Notes: generated from the letters alone by a model not told the origin. A DNA stretch of 64,000 bases from a bacterium (GCA_030603885.1 JAUVWW010000004.1:2236-66235); one strand, 5' to 3'. Shown: positions 1 to 9,240, counted from the first letter of the stretch. Program-made: numbers and translations.

Positions 1-198
1 CTAAGGTTACCTGCTCAGGTAGGATTCCCTCTTGAATTGCCTACATCATTAGAGAAAGTTGATGATCCTGCCTTTTCTACAGTGATAGGTCTTCTAATAT
101 GGGGAGCAACTCACGAAGAGAAGAGAAGAGTTTCGGGTTTACCCCTGGGTAAGGGTGTGAGGCAAGTGAAGAAGTGGTTCAAACATTTTCTACCATAA
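1..198 (+). CDS. ftsA: Cell division protein FtsA, 3' end (partial)
   Basis: Frame 1 reads LRLPAQVGFP...DDPAFSTVIGLL...VKKWFKTFLP*, matching the FtsA C-terminal P-x-(F/Y)-S-T-x-x-G-L motif plus amphipathic tail; lies directly upstream of ftsZ. Confidence 0.85.
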   Translation, partial: LRLPAQVGFPLELPTSLEKVDDPAFSTVIGLLIWGATHEEKRRVSGLPLGKGVRQVKKWFKHFLP

Positions 199-232
199 AC
201 AATTTCAATCTTCTACTTGACATAAATTAATT

Positions 233-275
233 ATCGTAATAACCTTATTAATGGAAGGTTGTTACGATTTTTTAT
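233..275 (+). terminator. Intrinsic terminator after ftsA
   Basis: Stem ATCGTAATAACCTT/AAGGTTGTTACGAT followed by a T-run. Confidence 0.6.
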
Positions 276-324
276 TTACACCTTGATCCTTTGAACAAAA
301 TTATTGTTCAAAATGAACAAAAAC

Positions 325-353
325 TTGACACAGTTTTTTCAATGTTCTAGACT
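325..353 (+). promoter_or_regulatory. Sigma70-type promoter for ftsZ
   Basis: TTGACA-17 bp-TAGACT. Confidence 0.6.
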
Positions 354-401
354 TTCATATAGAGAGTTTAATAATTTAATTTTATGAGAAAGGATAAACG
401 T

Positions 402-1493
402 ATGGAAATCAAACCACATTATGAAACCTATGCCAAAATTAGAGTAGTAGGTATAGGAGGAGCAGGAGGGGCAGCCGTAGATAGAATGATCGCCTCTAAA
501 ATGAAAGGAGTAGAATTTATTGCTATTAATACCGATGCTCAGGCTCTTCATTTTAACAAGGCTGACAAAAAAATTCACATTGGAAAGTCTTTAACTAAAG
601 GTTTGGGCACAGGCATGAATCCAGATTTAGGCAGACAAGCAATAGAAGAAGATCAAGAAGAAGTTCATGAAGTACTGAGAGAATCAGATATGATCTTCTT
701 AACTTATGGTCTTGGAGGAGGAACAGGAACAGGAGCAGGCCCAATTGTAGCCAATATAGCTAAAGATGTGGGAGCTCTTTGTGTAGGGGTAGTAACTAAA
801 CCTTTTTCTTTTGAAGGTGTGCAGCGAATGGAGATAGCTGACAAAGGCCACGGAGAGATCAAAGACAAAATTGATACTTTGATTACTATTCCCAATGATA
901 AAATTCTTCAAATTATCGACAAAGATACATCACTGCTTCAAGCTTTTTCTAAAGTAGATGATATTTTAAGGCAAGGAGTACAGGGTATATCTGATTTAGT
1001 GGTAGTGCCTGGAATCATTAATGTAGACTTTGCTGATGTCAAAGCTATTATGCAAGGCGCTGGCTCTGCCCTAATGGCTATTGGACGGGCTTCTGGGGAA
1101 AATAGAGCAGCTGAGGCTGCCAAGGCAGCTATCTCAAGTCCGCTTCTTGAGCTTTCTATTGATGGAGCTAAAGGAGTGCTATTTAATGTCTATGGGGGAA
1201 ATGATCTAGGCATGCATGAAATAGATGAAGCAGCCAAAATCATTACAGAATCTGTAGATAAAAATGCTAAAATTATTTTTGGAGCAGCTAAAGATGAGAG
1301 AATGAAAGATGAGATCAAAATTACAGTTATTGCTACTGGATTTGAAAATCGAGCAAAGGAAGAGGTTAAAGAAGAAGAGAAAAAAGAAGTAAGGAATTTT
1401 GGAATGCCTTTTAAAAAGCAAGAAGAGGAAGAAAAGAAAAAGGAAGAAAAAGAGCTAGAGATCCCAGCCTTTATTCGAAGGAAGATGAAGTAG
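402..1493 (+). CDS. ftsZ: Cell division GTPase FtsZ
   Basis: GGGTGTG tubulin signature, NTDAQAL, C-terminal LEIPAFIR. Start placed at ATG 402 (GAAAGGA upstream) rather than 384. Confidence 0.98.
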   Translation: MEIKPHYETYAKIRVVGIGGAGGAAVDRMIASKMKGVEFIAINTDAQALHFNKADKKIHIGKSLTKGLGTGMNPDLGRQAIEEDQEEVHEVLRESDMIFLTYGLGGGTGTGAGPIVANIAKDVGALCVGVVTKPFSFEGVQRMEIADKGHGEIKDKIDTLITIPNDKILQIIDKDTSLLQAFSKVDDILRQGVQGISDLVVVPGIINVDFADVKAIMQGAGSALMAIGRASGENRAAEAAKAAISSPLLELSIDGAKGVLFNVYGGNDLGMHEIDEAAKIITESVDKNAKIIFGAAKDERMKDEIKITVIATGFENRAKEEVKEEEKKEVRNFGMPFKKQEEEEKKKEEKELEIPAFIRRKMK

Positions 1494-1541
1494 GATTAGT
1501 GCATTTTTATTTTTAAGTTTTAATCTTTAATTTCATTTAAG

Positions 1542-1550
1542 TTATCCACA
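1542..1550 (+). promoter_or_regulatory. DnaA-box consensus
   Basis: Perfect TTATCCACA. Confidence 0.45.
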
Positions 1551-1552
1551 GT

Positions 1553-1594
1553 CTAATTTCTGTTTTTGGAGACAGGAATTAGGTTTTTTATTTT
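1553..1594 (+). terminator. Intrinsic terminator after ftsZ
   Basis: CTAATTTCTGTTT/GAGACAGGAATTAG stem followed by GTTTTTTATTTT. Confidence 0.65.
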
Positions 1595-1636
1595 AGATAA
1601 AGGAAAAAATGATTGGGCATAGCCAGTGGATAGATT

Positions 1637-1665
1637 TTGACAAAAGAATATTAGACTGATAGACT
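1637..1665 (+). promoter_or_regulatory. Sigma70-type promoter for nrdJ
   Basis: TTGACA-17 bp-TAGACT with extended TG. Confidence 0.6.
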
Positions 1666-1728
1666 AGTTATTGCTTGCATTAAACTAGTCACGAATCGAA
1701 TTTATAACCATGAAATCAATTTTCCTAA

Positions 1729-1777
1729 ATAAGAACCTCATCTCTGATGAGAACCTTGATTCTCACTTCGTTCGAAT
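1729..1777. repeat. Dispersed ~50-bp AGAACC hairpin element, copy 1
   Basis: ATAAGAACCT...GAGAACCTTGATTCTCACTTCGTTCGAAT; related copies at 16315, 30223 (inverted) and 63595. Confidence 0.85.
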
Positions 1778-1839
1778 TAAAAATCCGCACTAAGCATACA
1801 TTAGTAAGGTGCGGTTTTATTTAGCAGGGATAATACTCT

Positions 1840-4035
1840 ATGTTTGCAGTACATAAACTTACCAAAATCAGAAAAAGAGATGGGAGGATAGTTGAGTTTG
1901 TTCAGAAGAAGATCGCTAATGCTATTTACAAAGCCATGGTGGAAGTAAAGAAGCCAAACCAGCGTCTGGCTCGGAGACTTTCTGATAAAGTAGTTACTTT
2001 ACTCGAAGAACGGCTAGCTAAAGATCAAATTCCAACTGTGGAAGAAGTCCAGGATATTGTAGAAGAAGCACTAATGAAGTCAGGACAGGTGGATGTGGCT
2101 CGAGCCTATATTGTTTATCGACAGAAGCATAAGGAAATCCGAGAGCTAAAAAAGAAAGTGCTCGAAGCAGAAAAGGAGTTTAAGCCAACCCCTGGAGCCT
2201 TAACTGTTCTTCAAAAAAGATATTTGAGGAAAGGAGTCAAGGGAGAAATTCTAGAGACTCCTACCCAGATGTTTAAGAGAGTAGCTCATAACATAGCTCA
2301 TGCTGATAATCTCTATAAGACCTTGTACCATCCAGAAATAGATGTGGAGAAAATCATCAAAGAATTTTATCGCATGATGGCTAATCTAGAGTTCCTTCCC
2401 AATTCTCCTACATTGATGAATGCGGGAAAAGAATTGCAGCAATTATCTGCTTGTTTTGTTCTCCCTGTTTCTGATTCTATTGAAGGAATTTTTGAAACTA
2501 TAAAAAATACAGCTATCATTCACCAATCAGGTGGTGGCACCGGATTTTCCTTTTCTCGACTCCGTCCCAAGGGAGATATTGTAAAATCAACAGGAGGAAT
2601 TGCCTCGGGACCAGTTTCTTTTATGAAAGTATTTAATGCGGCTACCGAGGCGATTAAACAGGGGGGCACGCGTCGGGGGGCCAATATGGCTATCCTACGT
2701 TGTGACCATCCAGACATTCTAGAGTTTATTACCTGCAAAGAAGAAGAAGGACAGCTAAATAATTTCAATATCTCTGTAGCTATGACTGATCGATTTATGC
2801 AAGCTTTGAAAAATGATACAGATTACGAATTGATCAGTCCCAGAACTAATGAAGCAGTGGGTAAGCTTTCTGCCAGAAAAGTATGGTCGCTAATATGCAT
2901 GATGACTTGGAAGAACGGAGATCCAGGAGCAGTATTTATAGATGTTATAAATAAAGATAACCCTACGCCGCATGTTGGAGAAATTGAGTCCACAAATCCA
3001 TGCGGCGAGCAACCTCTTTTACCCAACGAAAGTTGTAACCTTGGTTCTATCAATCTTTCCAAGATGGTAAAAACTAAAGGCAAAAAGGCAGAGATTGATT
3101 GGGATAGGCTGAAAAAGACCACATATACTGCTGTTCATTTTCTGGATAATGTTATTGATATGTGTAGATACCCTCTGTTAGAGATAGAGGAAATGGTGAC
3201 AGTCAATCGAAAGATCGGTCTGGGAGTAATGGGTTTTGCAGATATGTTAATCCAGCTTGGGATCCCCTATAGTTCAAAGAAAGCTTTAGCTTTAGGAGAG
3301 AAAGTGATGAAGTTTATTACAGAAGAGGGAAGAAAAGCATCAGTTGAGCTAGCAAAGATTAGAGGAGTCTTTCCTAATTTTGTAGATTCGGTTTGGGACA
3401 AGAAGGGGCTCAGAGTAAGGAATTCTACCATAACCACTATTGCTCCCACAGGTACTATTAGTATTATTGCAGGTTGTTCATCAGGTGTTGAGCCTCTATT
3501 TGCCATCTCGTTTATTAGACGCAATATTTTAGGAGGTGAGGCAGAAATTGTGGAAGTAAATCCTTTCTTTGAAAAGATAGCCCGTGAGCGAAAGTTTTAC
3601 TCAAAAGATTTAATGAGAGAGGTGGCAGAAAAAGGAAGTATTCAAAAAATAGAAAAGATTCCAGAGGATGTAAGAAAGCTATTTGTTACTGCTCTGGATA
3701 TTCCTTATGATATTCATGTCAAAATGCAAGCCGCCTGGCAGCGGTATACCGACAATGCCGTAAGCAAAACCATAAATATGCCTTATGAATCCACTGCCGA
3801 GGATGTAGAGAAAGCATATAAGTTAGCTTATGATTTAGGCTGTAAAGGGATAACCATTTATCGTTATGGATCACGCCAAGCCCAAGTCCTTTATTATGGA
3901 GGAAAAGAAAAAAGAAAATTGGAAAGAGGAGGACCTCAAAAATTAGAAAAATGTCCAGAATGTGGGGCTGATTTGACTTTTGAGGATGGATGCGCCGTGT
4001 GTAAGAATTGTGGCTATTCTTATTGTAAAGTCTAA
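1840..4035 (+). CDS. nrdJ: Class II (adenosylcobalamin-dependent) ribonucleotide reductase with N-terminal ATP cone and C-terminal Zn ribbon
   Basis: KRDGR ATP cone, [44 protein letters not shown]-terminal CPECG...[12 protein letters not shown]; no nrdB nearby. Confidence 0.95.
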   Translation: MFAVHKLTKIRKRDGRIVEFVQKKIANAIYKAMVEVKKPNQRLARRLSDKVVTLLEERLAKDQIPTVEEVQDIVEEALMKSGQVDVARAYIVYRQKHKEIRELKKKVLEAEKEFKPTPGALTVLQKRYLRKGVKGEILETPTQMFKRVAHNIAHADNLYKTLYHPEIDVEKIIKEFYRMMANLEFLPNSPTLMNAGKELQQLSACFVLPVSDSIEGIFETIKNTAIIHQSGGGTGFSFSRLRPKGDIVKSTGGIASGPVSFMKVFNAATEAIKQGGTRRGANMAILRCDHPDILEFITCKEEEGQLNNFNISVAMTDRFMQALKNDTDYELISPRTNEAVGKLSARKVWSLICMMTWKNGDPGAVFIDVINKDNPTPHVGEIESTNPCGEQPLLPNESCNLGSINLSKMVKTKGKKAEIDWDRLKKTTYTAVHFLDNVIDMCRYPLLEIEEMVTVNRKIGLGVMGFADMLIQLGIPYSSKKALALGEKVMKFITEEGRKASVELAKIRGVFPNFVDSVWDKKGLRVRNSTITTIAPTGTISIIAGCSSGVEPLFAISFIRRNILGGEAEIVEVNPFFEKIARERKFYSKDLMREVAEKGSIQKIEKIPEDVRKLFVTALDIPYDIHVKMQAAWQRYTDNAVSKTINMPYESTAEDVEKAYKLAYDLGCKGITIYRYGSRQAQVLYYGGKEKRKLERGGPQKLEKCPECGADLTFEDGCAVCKNCGYSYCKV

Positions 4036-4047
4036 CTTATTAAACAT

Positions 4048-4572
4048 ATGAAAAAATCTTTAGGTATGGTCGAGGTTTTGACTGGCAATGGTCCAGGCAA
4101 GACTACTGCTGCTTTAGGCCATGCTCTTCGAAGTATTGGACATGGGCTAACCGTGGCCATGGTTCAGTTTATGAAGATAGACTCAAGATACGGAGAGATT
4201 AAGGCAATTAAAGAATATTTGCCTCGATCTCGTGTTTTTCAATTTGGAAGGAAAAAATTTGTTAGGGAGCCAGCTAAAATAGATTTCAAGCTAGCAGAGA
4301 AGGGACTAGCTAAAGCTCAGGAGATAATTCAAAGTAGAAAATATGATTTAGTTATTTTAGATGAGATAAATGTGGCTTTGTGGTTTAAACTTTTAGATTT
4401 AGAAGAGGTGTGTGAGATGATTAAGTCTCGGCCAAAAAATGCAGAGCTAGTCTTAACTGGTCGTTATGCTCCAAAGAAAATAATTGATCTTGCAGACTCT
4501 GTATCAGAGATAAAAGAAGTTAAGCATTATTTTAGAAAAGGGGTGCGAGCCAGAAAGGGAATTGAGTATTAG
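4048..4572 (+). CDS. cobO: Cob(I)alamin adenosyltransferase (CobO/BtuR/CobA type)
   Basis: TGNGPGKTTAALG, VQFMK, VILDEIN, LVLTGR, HYFRKGVRARKGIEY motifs. Confidence 0.93.
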   Translation: MKKSLGMVEVLTGNGPGKTTAALGHALRSIGHGLTVAMVQFMKIDSRYGEIKAIKEYLPRSRVFQFGRKKFVREPAKIDFKLAEKGLAKAQEIIQSRKYDLVILDEINVALWFKLLDLEEVCEMIKSRPKNAELVLTGRYAPKKIIDLADSVSEIKEVKHYFRKGVRARKGIEY

Positions 4573-4578
4573 ATTAGC

Positions 4579-4587
4579 TGTGGATAA
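4579..4587 (-). promoter_or_regulatory. DnaA-box consensus
   Basis: TGTGGATAA on + strand is TTATCCACA on - strand. Confidence 0.4.
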
Positions 4588-4652
4588 GTTACTATTTACT
4601 TGGATTTGAATATTTGATATATTCTATATACACTCTTTTTGAAATTTAGTAT

Positions 4653-4865
4653 AAGCATAGCCCCCGCACTTTTTAGAAAGTGCGGGAGAGAAGAGATAGG
4701 GGAAGAGAGGTAACCTGCCTGCTCAGTAGGCAGGGATTCCTCCGCTGTCCCGCAGCCGTTAAAGCCGGACTACCTATCCTATGCTTTGAGTTTTGACTGC
4801 CTCGAGGAAGGTAGAAAATAGACTTGGTCGATCTATTTTCCTTCTTTGAGAAGGAATTTTTTATT
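4653..4865 (+). ncRNA. Cobalamin riboswitch (short class-II-like) with terminator expression platform
   Basis: AGGGGAA..GGT..GATTCC..GCTGTCCCGCAGCCGT..AAGCCGGACTACC core; AAGCATAG/CTATGCTT closing stem; P13 CTGCCT-CGAGGA-AGGTAG whose loop can kiss TCCCG; terminator TTCCTTCT-TTG-AGAAGGAA-TTTTTT. Confidence 0.88.
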
Positions 4866-4880
4866 AATTTAAGAAAAATC

Positions 4881-5324
4881 ATGAAAAAACTAAAGATCCT
4901 AGGCTTACTTATTGTAGCAGTTTTAGTACTTACTGGTGCTGGTTGTCAATGGTTTACCAAGCCAGAAGAAGAAGTCTCCGAAGTTACTACTCCTCAAGTA
5001 GCAGAAGAAAAAGTTGAAGAAAAAGCCACTCTGGTCATTGATGACGGAACTGGAAGCCCTCAGAGTTTTGATCTGACTGTAAAAGAAGGAACAACTGCCT
5101 TCGATTTACTAAAAGAAGCCACAGGACAAGCTGGTTTGAAATTAGATTACTCTGAATCTGATTTTGGAGTAATGATTGATGCTATGGGGGATAAGAAAGG
5201 TGGACAGGAAGATAAATATTGGCTATTCTATGTTAATGAAGAGATGGCACTGGTAGCTGCTGATAAGCAAGAAGTGAAAGTAGGGGATAAAGTGGAGTTT
5301 AAGTTTGAAGCATCAGCCTTTTAA
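4881..5324 (+). CDS. DUF4430/transcobalamin-C-terminal-like lipoprotein, putative B12-binding protein
   Basis: Signal ending LTGAGC (lipobox-like); TAFDLL...FGVMIDAMG...YWLFYVN...AADKQEVKVGDKVEFKF pattern. Start at ATG 4881, after the riboswitch terminator. Confidence 0.75.
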   Translation: MKKLKILGLLIVAVLVLTGAGCQWFTKPEEEVSEVTTPQVAEEKVEEKATLVIDDGTGSPQSFDLTVKEGTTAFDLLKEATGQAGLKLDYSESDFGVMIDAMGDKKGGQEDKYWLFYVNEEMALVAADKQEVKVGDKVEFKFEASAF

Positions 5325-5353
5325 GTTTAAAGTTAAAAATCCAAGGTCAAAAT

Positions 5354-5932
5354 ATGTCTAGAATAATTCTATCTAAAAAAGGTAGACAATTTGAGATATG
5401 GCTGACTTTTCTATTTGTAGCTGGAGCAGCAGCCCTAAGACTTCTTCCTCATCCGCCCAATTTTGCTCCTATTGCTGCCATAGCTTTGTTTGGAGGAGTC
5501 TACTTGAGCAGGAAGTTTGCTTTGGGAATTCCTATCCTAGCCATGTTGGTCAGTGATATTTTTATTGGGTTTTATAAACCAGTGGTAATGGCCTCTGTCT
5601 ATGGAAGTTTTGTTTTGTGTGGACTTATAGGTCTTTGGTTGAAAAAACATAAAAAAGCAGGTACAATAATAGGAAGTTCTCTTTTGTGTTCTGTTTTGTT
5701 CTTTATTATTACTAACTTTGCTGTTTGGGCTTTTACCCCCTGGTATACGAAAACTCTAGCCGGTCTAGTCCAGTGCTATGTGTTAGCCTTACCATTTTTC
5801 AGAAATACTTTATTGGGAGATATATTTTATGTCGGAGTTTTCTTTGGAGTTTATGAGTTGGTCAGAGTATGGATTAGTAAAAAATATCAACTAAAGGCAA
5901 TATCAGTAAGTAAAGGCGGATTAAATCGATAA
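5354..5932 (+). CDS. DUF6580-like multi-pass membrane protein, putative vitamin transporter (S-component-like)
   Basis: RLLPHPPNFAPIAAIALFGG, SD..IGFY, FFIITNFAVW, CY..ALPFFRNTLLGD motifs; about 6 hydrophobic helices. Confidence 0.75.
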   Translation: MSRIILSKKGRQFEIWLTFLFVAGAAALRLLPHPPNFAPIAAIALFGGVYLSRKFALGIPILAMLVSDIFIGFYKPVVMASVYGSFVLCGLIGLWLKKHKKAGTIIGSSLLCSVLFFIITNFAVWAFTPWYTKTLAGLVQCYVLALPFFRNTLLGDIFYVGVFFGVYELVRVWISKKYQLKAISVSKGGLNR

Positions 5933-5934
5933 CC

Positions 5935-6483
5935 ATGTTGATTGGTTTAACTGGGACAAATGGTGCTGGTAAGGGCGAGGTAGCTAAGTATTTAAGGGAA
6001 AAAGGATTCAATTACTTTTCTTTATCTGATATTCTAAGGGAGGAATTAAATAAGAAAAGTCTGGAGCTTTCTAGAAAAAATCTACAGAATATTGGTAACC
6101 AATTACGGAAGAAATTTGGACCTGGGATTTTAGCTGAAAGAACAATTAAGAAAATCAAAGACAAGAGTATTATTGACAGTATTAGAAATCCTGAGGAGAT
6201 AAGAAAGCTGAGAGAATTCGCCAAAAAGTCTGGAACTGTTTTCTTTCTCTTGTCAGTTGATGCACCGATCAAACTGAGATTTGAAAGACTTAAAGAGAGA
6301 AGGACGATTGAGTCAGCAGAAACACTAGAAGAATTTAAAAAAAGAGAGCAGTTTGAGATGGGCAAAGAAATCCATTGGCAACAAATTGACACCTGTATGA
6401 AGATGGCAGATTATACTATAATCAATGATGGAACGTTAGAAAAGTTATATAAAAAAATTAATAAGATTTTAAAAGAGATATGA
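5935..6483 (+). CDS. P-loop nucleotide kinase (dephospho-CoA-kinase-like AAA family)
   Basis: IGLTGTNGAGKGEV Walker A, IDSIRNPEE, ADYTIINDG. Confidence 0.8.
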   Translation: MLIGLTGTNGAGKGEVAKYLREKGFNYFSLSDILREELNKKSLELSRKNLQNIGNQLRKKFGPGILAERTIKKIKDKSIIDSIRNPEEIRKLREFAKKSGTVFFLLSVDAPIKLRFERLKERRTIESAETLEEFKKREQFEMGKEIHWQQIDTCMKMADYTIINDGTLEKLYKKINKILKEI

Positions 6484-7031
6484 AAAACAAACGTCCCTCG
6501 AAAGATCAATACTATTTAAATATTGCTAAGGAAATTGCTCGAAGATGTACTTGTTATAGGACCAATATAGGGGCTATTATTGTTCGGGATGATCAGATTA
6601 TTGCCACTGGCTACGTGGGAGCTCCTCGTAAGACAAAGGACTGTTTTGAGCATGGTTTTTGTCTGCGCACCAGATTGAAGATCCCTCATGGTCATAGGTA
6701 TGAACTTTGTCGAAGTATTCATTCGGAAATGAATGCTATTATCAATGCTGCTAGAGCTGGGGTGAGTCTTTTAGGTGGTAATATGTATATCTATGGAGAG
6801 CTGATGCCTAAAGGTAGAATCATGGACGCTACTCCTTGCTTTATCTGTAAGAAAATGATTATCAATGCTGGATTAAATCAAGTCATTGTATCAACTGCCA
6901 AAGGTAAAACGAAAAGACATAAAGTGTCTGATTGGATAAAAGATTGGAGAAAGAAAGACATTCTCGATGATAAACATCAGTATGGTGATGGCGTGAAGGT
7001 TTATTCTGAAAAAGCACTAAAAGAAAAATAA
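6480..7031 (+). CDS. dCMP deaminase (ComEB-like)
   Basis: RPS..YYL.IA..IARRCTC, HSEMNAII and PCFIC Zn motifs. Confidence 0.9.
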   Translation: MKNKRPSKDQYYLNIAKEIARRCTCYRTNIGAIIVRDDQIIATGYVGAPRKTKDCFEHGFCLRTRLKIPHGHRYELCRSIHSEMNAIINAARAGVSLLGGNMYIYGELMPKGRIMDATPCFICKKMIINAGLNQVIVSTAKGKTKRHKVSDWIKDWRKKDILDDKHQYGDGVKVYSEKALKEK

Positions 7032-7054
7032 GGTTAACATCTAGAGGAGGTAGG

Positions 7055-8563
7055 ATGTCTAAGTCTAAAATATTTTTCTGGATTTGTACCTCATTTGTTG
7101 TGGGTATTTTTTTATCCTCGTTTTTTGAAATTCCTGTATTATGTAAGTTAGTTTTCGCCTTTATTTGTACTGTCTTAGTCGTTGTCTTTTGGAGGAATTC
7201 AAAAGTAAAAGTTGTAGGACTTTGTGGTCTAGTTTTGCTTTTTGGAATTTGGTATTTTCAAAGAACCCAAACTTCCTCTAGCCCTTTGCAGGTTTATAAC
7301 GATAAAGAAAAAATTACTTTTCAAGGAATAGTGGTCAAGGAGCCAGATGTAAGAACAGATAAGACACAGCTGACTGTGGAAATTACTCAGGTACCTAGGG
7401 AATCAGGTGCTCGAGAATCTAGCAAAAAGCTAGGTAAGATATTAGTTGTCCTTCCTCGAGCTCTTCAATACCAATATGGAGACAAATTAGAAATGACTGG
7501 CAAACTCAAGACGCCAAAGGAGGACGAAGACTTTTCCTATAAAGATTATCTAGCTAGATATGGTATTTACTCAATTTGTTATTATCCTAAATCAAAGCTA
7601 ATCAGTCCAGGTCATGGCAATCCTGTTTTGAGAGTTCTTTTAACTGGCAAGAATAGATTAAAAGAAACTATCAATTCTATCTTACCCGAGCCTCAAGCAT
7701 CCTATCTTTCAGGTATGCTTCTAGGACAAAAGAAGGCCATGCCTCAGGAAGTGCGAGAGTGGTTTAATCGCTGTTCCACTACTCACATAACTGTCATTTC
7801 AGGAATGCATGTCTCCATTGTAGCTGCTCTTTTAATGAATCTAGCCTTGGCTATCTATCTATCTCGAAGACAAGCCTTTTGGTTTGCAATAGCTGGTATA
7901 ACTCTTTTTGTTATTTTAACTGGCGCTCAAGCTTCAGCAGTTAGGGCTGGTATTATGGGAGGACTAGTTCTTTTGGCTATGTATTCAGGCAGGCTATCCG
8001 ATATAAAAAATGCTATACTTTGTGCTGCGATGGGTATGTTGCTAATTAATCCCCAGGTTTTAAAGTTTGATGTTGGATTTCAGCTAAGCTTTTTGGCCAC
8101 CATTGGCATTGTTTATTTATCTCCTTACATTAAAAAAGGACTCAAACTTTTTCCCCAGACTTTTAAAATTAGAGACTCTGCTTCCATGACTTTGTCTGCT
8201 CAAGTGATGACCTTACCTCTTATTCTTTTTCATTTTGGAAGAATATCTTTGATTGCCCCTTTAGCCAATGTGCTCATTTTACCTTTTATTCCTTTAACCA
8301 TGATGTTAGGTTTTGTCTCTGGAATTTTAGGCTTGGCTTGGTTGTTTTTAGGCAAAGTAGCTGCTTGGTTTGCTTGGCTATTTTTGACCTATGAGATTTT
8401 AGTAGTTCGTGAGCTTTCCAAGATTCCTTTTGCCTCAATTGAGATTAAAAATATTTGGATAGGATTGCTTGTGGTGTATTATCTGGTATTGTTTGGCTGG
8501 CTTTGGTGGGTGAGGAGAAAAGAGATGGTTGTTAGTAGCAAAACTGCAAAAATTTTAAAATAA
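7055..8563 (+). CDS. comEC: ComEC/Rec2 DNA-uptake channel (OB-fold plus Competence domain, without MBL)
   Basis: HITVISGMH, SAVRAGIM, DVGFQLSFLAT, LIAPLANV; many TM segments; GGAGG RBS. Confidence 0.93.
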   Translation: MSKSKIFFWICTSFVVGIFLSSFFEIPVLCKLVFAFICTVLVVVFWRNSKVKVVGLCGLVLLFGIWYFQRTQTSSSPLQVYNDKEKITFQGIVVKEPDVRTDKTQLTVEITQVPRESGARESSKKLGKILVVLPRALQYQYGDKLEMTGKLKTPKEDEDFSYKDYLARYGIYSICYYPKSKLISPGHGNPVLRVLLTGKNRLKETINSILPEPQASYLSGMLLGQKKAMPQEVREWFNRCSTTHITVISGMHVSIVAALLMNLALAIYLSRRQAFWFAIAGITLFVILTGAQASAVRAGIMGGLVLLAMYSGRLSDIKNAILCAAMGMLLINPQVLKFDVGFQLSFLATIGIVYLSPYIKKGLKLFPQTFKIRDSASMTLSAQVMTLPLILFHFGRISLIAPLANVLILPFIPLTMMLGFVSGILGLAWLFLGKVAAWFAWLFLTYEILVVRELSKIPFASIEIKNIWIGLLVVYYLVLFGWLWWVRRKEMVVSSKTAKILK

Positions 8564-8610
8564 GAGAGCCCTAGACTTAATTAGCCTAGAGCTCAACGTT
8601 TTCAAAAGAA

Positions 8611-9240
8611 CTATTCTTTTGTGGGGACGGGGAGAAACTCTCTCACAACCCATTCCCACAGAAGATGTTTTGCCATCTTTGGCAATTGCCTTGGATGAGC
8701 AACTACGTAGAGAATGGTCATGAGTATATCCAATATGTGACTATGCCAGTCACATAGGATCATAGCCCAATCTGAGTGCGATTTCGGAGGATACTTTCTG
8801 TGGAATGCCATGTGTGCTGATATGGCATAACAGATGTTCTCTGGCAATCCCAATTCCTTTGCCAGATTTACTGTTCTTTTGGTGTTTCCTCCGTTTGACC
8901 CTATGTCGTGGATGAGGGTTCCTTTGACAAAATCTTTCACATTAGTAATCCCGAAAGATTTTGCCAGGATCAGGGCGAATTCTCCTGCCAGGCGTAAATG
9001 AAGCCTGAGAGGAAAAGGCCCGTGATAAGGAGATTCATCTCGCCACCTCTCCGCCACCACTGGATTTTCTAGTAAAGATGAAACTATCTTTTTAAAAACT
9101 TTCTTTTCATCTCTACTCAAGACCTCCCCTACCAACAATCCCTTAATCAAGCGAGGGAAAGTGAAGGGGAGTAGTCTTAGAAACTCGATCAGAGCCGTCC
9201 CAAACAATCTAAAACTGAAACTTAACTTTATTCCATCCAT
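8611..9240 (-). CDS. HD-domain phosphohydrolase-like protein
   Basis: H...GTLIHDIG...ISAHM...MILCD metal-binding pattern. GGAGG RBS favours a start at MDGIKL (9240) over 9255. Confidence 0.7.
   Translation of the reverse strand: MDGIKLSFSFRLFGTALIEFLRLLPFTFPRLIKGLLVGEVLSRDEKKVFKKIVSSLLENPVVAERWRDESPYHGPFPLRLHLRLAGEFALILAKSFGITNVKDFVKGTLIHDIGSNGGNTKRTVNLAKELGLPENICYAISAHMAFHRKYPPKSHSDWAMILCDWHSHILDILMTILYVVAHPRQLPKMAKHLLWEWVVREFLPVPTKE

Noticed and set aside
1780-1839. NrdR box upstream of nrdJ
   Set aside because: No good match to the acaCwAtATaTwGtgt palindrome; the segment is better explained as a hairpin.
1840-4035. Intein or intron in nrdJ
   Set aside because: The ORF is continuous, of normal length, with catalytic motifs uninterrupted.
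1542-4587. Replication origin suggested by DnaA boxes
   Set aside because: The boxes are isolated rather than clustered, and there is no dnaA or dnaN nearby.
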